The position numbers and the translations under genes are program-made. Positions 62,521-64,000 of a stretch of DNA of 64,000 bases are shown one piece after another. The stretch lies in NCBI RefSeq assembly GCF_009914755.1, contig NC_060934.1; one strand, written 5' to 3'. This DNA is from the human T2T-CHM13v2.0 reference genome, Homo sapiens. The notes under the pieces are model-generated. The model saw only the letters and a list, made by a program, of their open reading frames with translations, was not told the origin of the DNA and made no database searches. Every line of letters starts with the position of its first letter. Positions within the stretch are counted from its first letter, which is position 1.

Positions 62521-63816
62521 ATGCAATTGGAAACTGATTGAGTCCAGACCCTTTATTGTATTTGAAGGAACAGTGTCAGAGGGTCAGGCATGCTAATTCT
62601 TCTTCTAGTCTTGTGTGTGGTCTAGACCCAAACTCTTTGTCCCATGCTTCCTAACCCACCCCCTTTCTCTGCCATACTAGCATTAACAAAAGGCAGTGAA
62701 GGGTACAAGAAGTTGCTCGGCAGGGCTGCTGAAAGTGGCAGTTGTGCTGTCAGTATTTATTGACCAGTGAGTGTGCTGACAACCTCAGCATGCATCTTCC
62801 TTTCAGCATCTCCCCTACACACACACACCCAGAGCAATATTGGCTTCAGTGTCAACTATCTTATTATCTCATGTCTATTCTTGGTGAAACTATTTGGGGG
62901 CTATTATGTTAGGGCACCAATAAAAGATTTTATGTGCAAATCTGTTTCAAAGGAGGCTCAGCCATAGTATGATGTTGGGTAATAGACCCAGTCTTTCTAG
63001 GCAGATAAAACTGCATCAATATTGCAGAGCCTCAAGGACATAAAATGAGCAAACACCAGTTAGACAAACACTAAATTCAAAGTCAAACAGTCTAACAGAG
63101 GAGATGACATGCTGATAGGATGCCATGTTGTTCCAAATGCTGTACCACACTTTTTATTCTGACTCATAGTGTGGTCCCTAGGAAAGCAGTGTTGGAAAAT
63201 CAGCTCAAGATGGCAGAAGCAACTAATTCATCCACGCATAAGACTCTAGGGCCAGACTGACATGTATAGCAACTTCCTGATGAAACTTGTAGCTGTTTAT
63301 AGACTCCTATGGTCCAATATTTGGAAGCCTGTTTTGTTTTATTTTGTTCTTAAGATAAATATGATCTTTGAAGGAATTATGGAAGTAGAGAGAGAAAAGC
63401 CCCAAAAAGTCAAGATTTATTATAAATAATATGAACTGAATTAATGAGCAAAGGAATTAGAAAAGTCAATTGTGCATCGTAACATCTTGGCTGATCCTTT
63501 TGTTTCTTTAAAGAGGAGGAAACACTGCAGAGGCAGTGTGAGAAGTAACTAAGATGTACCCTTAGAGGTGGTCATTTCTCTTGGCTTAGACAGATTATTC
63601 ACATAATATTCGATACAGCACAATCCTCTAACTGGAAAAGCTTCCACATGTCATTTCTTATTAATACGACAGCTCTCGTGTAAGCCCAATTATGGTTCGT
63701 ATTCACAAATTCCCATAGCAACACCAAGCACTTCTGTGCGACAATGTAGCATTGATTTCTCAGAACTTGGAAATTGATAGGAACCCTCACATAGAAACAT
63801 CTGCCTTGGCCGTGGG

Positions 63817-64000
63817 TGCATTAGTCTGTTCTTGCATTGTTATAAATACCTGAGACTGGGGAATTTATAAAGAAAAGAGGTTTGATTCGTTCATGGTTTT
63901 GCAGGCTGTATGGGAAGCATGATGCTTGGCTTCTAGGGAGACCTCAGGAAACTTACAATTACGGCGGAAGGTAAAGGAGGAGCAGACACATAATATGGCC
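63817..64000 (-). mobile_element. MST (MSTA-like) MaLR LTR, runs off the window
   Basis: tgcattagtctgttcttgcattg...tacctgagactggggaatttataaagaaaagagg...ctcaggaaacttacaat. Confidence 0.88.

Overview
This is primate DNA, most likely human, lying entirely inside the SORCS3 gene (VPS10P-domain sorting receptor) on the + strand. Only two coding exons are present, 22008-22072 (65 nt) and 37630-37748 (119 nt). They splice in frame to give ...W-SVAGLDKEADLVHMEVRTTDG-Y-AHYLTCRIQECAETTRSGPFARSIDISSLVVQDEYIFIQ..., part of the VPS10 beta-propeller. The rest is intron rich in interspersed repeats: three antisense Alus, several L1 pieces, a full-length sense THE1 MaLR provirus, LTR16, MST and MLT1 LTRs, MER5, MER20 and MER33 DNA transposons, many MIR and L2 relics, microsatellites and a ~510-bp (CCTT)n tract. 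Almost all ORFs in the supplied track are repeat-derived or chance. I see no evidence of a new protein-coding or multi-gene system. The most interesting signals are of two kinds. The first is retrotransposition forensics: two twin-primed L1 insertions, each apparently carrying a short 3' transduction. The second is hidden splicing architecture: candidate recursive AG|GT sites, an exon starting with GT, a ~575-nt AG-free zone ending in a possible 10-nt micro-exon, inverted L1 3' ends bracketing the exons, and a sense THE1 LTR with a DUX4 motif and splice donor. Gene and repeat names come from recall of known sequences, not from a search. Boundaries of old repeats are approximate.
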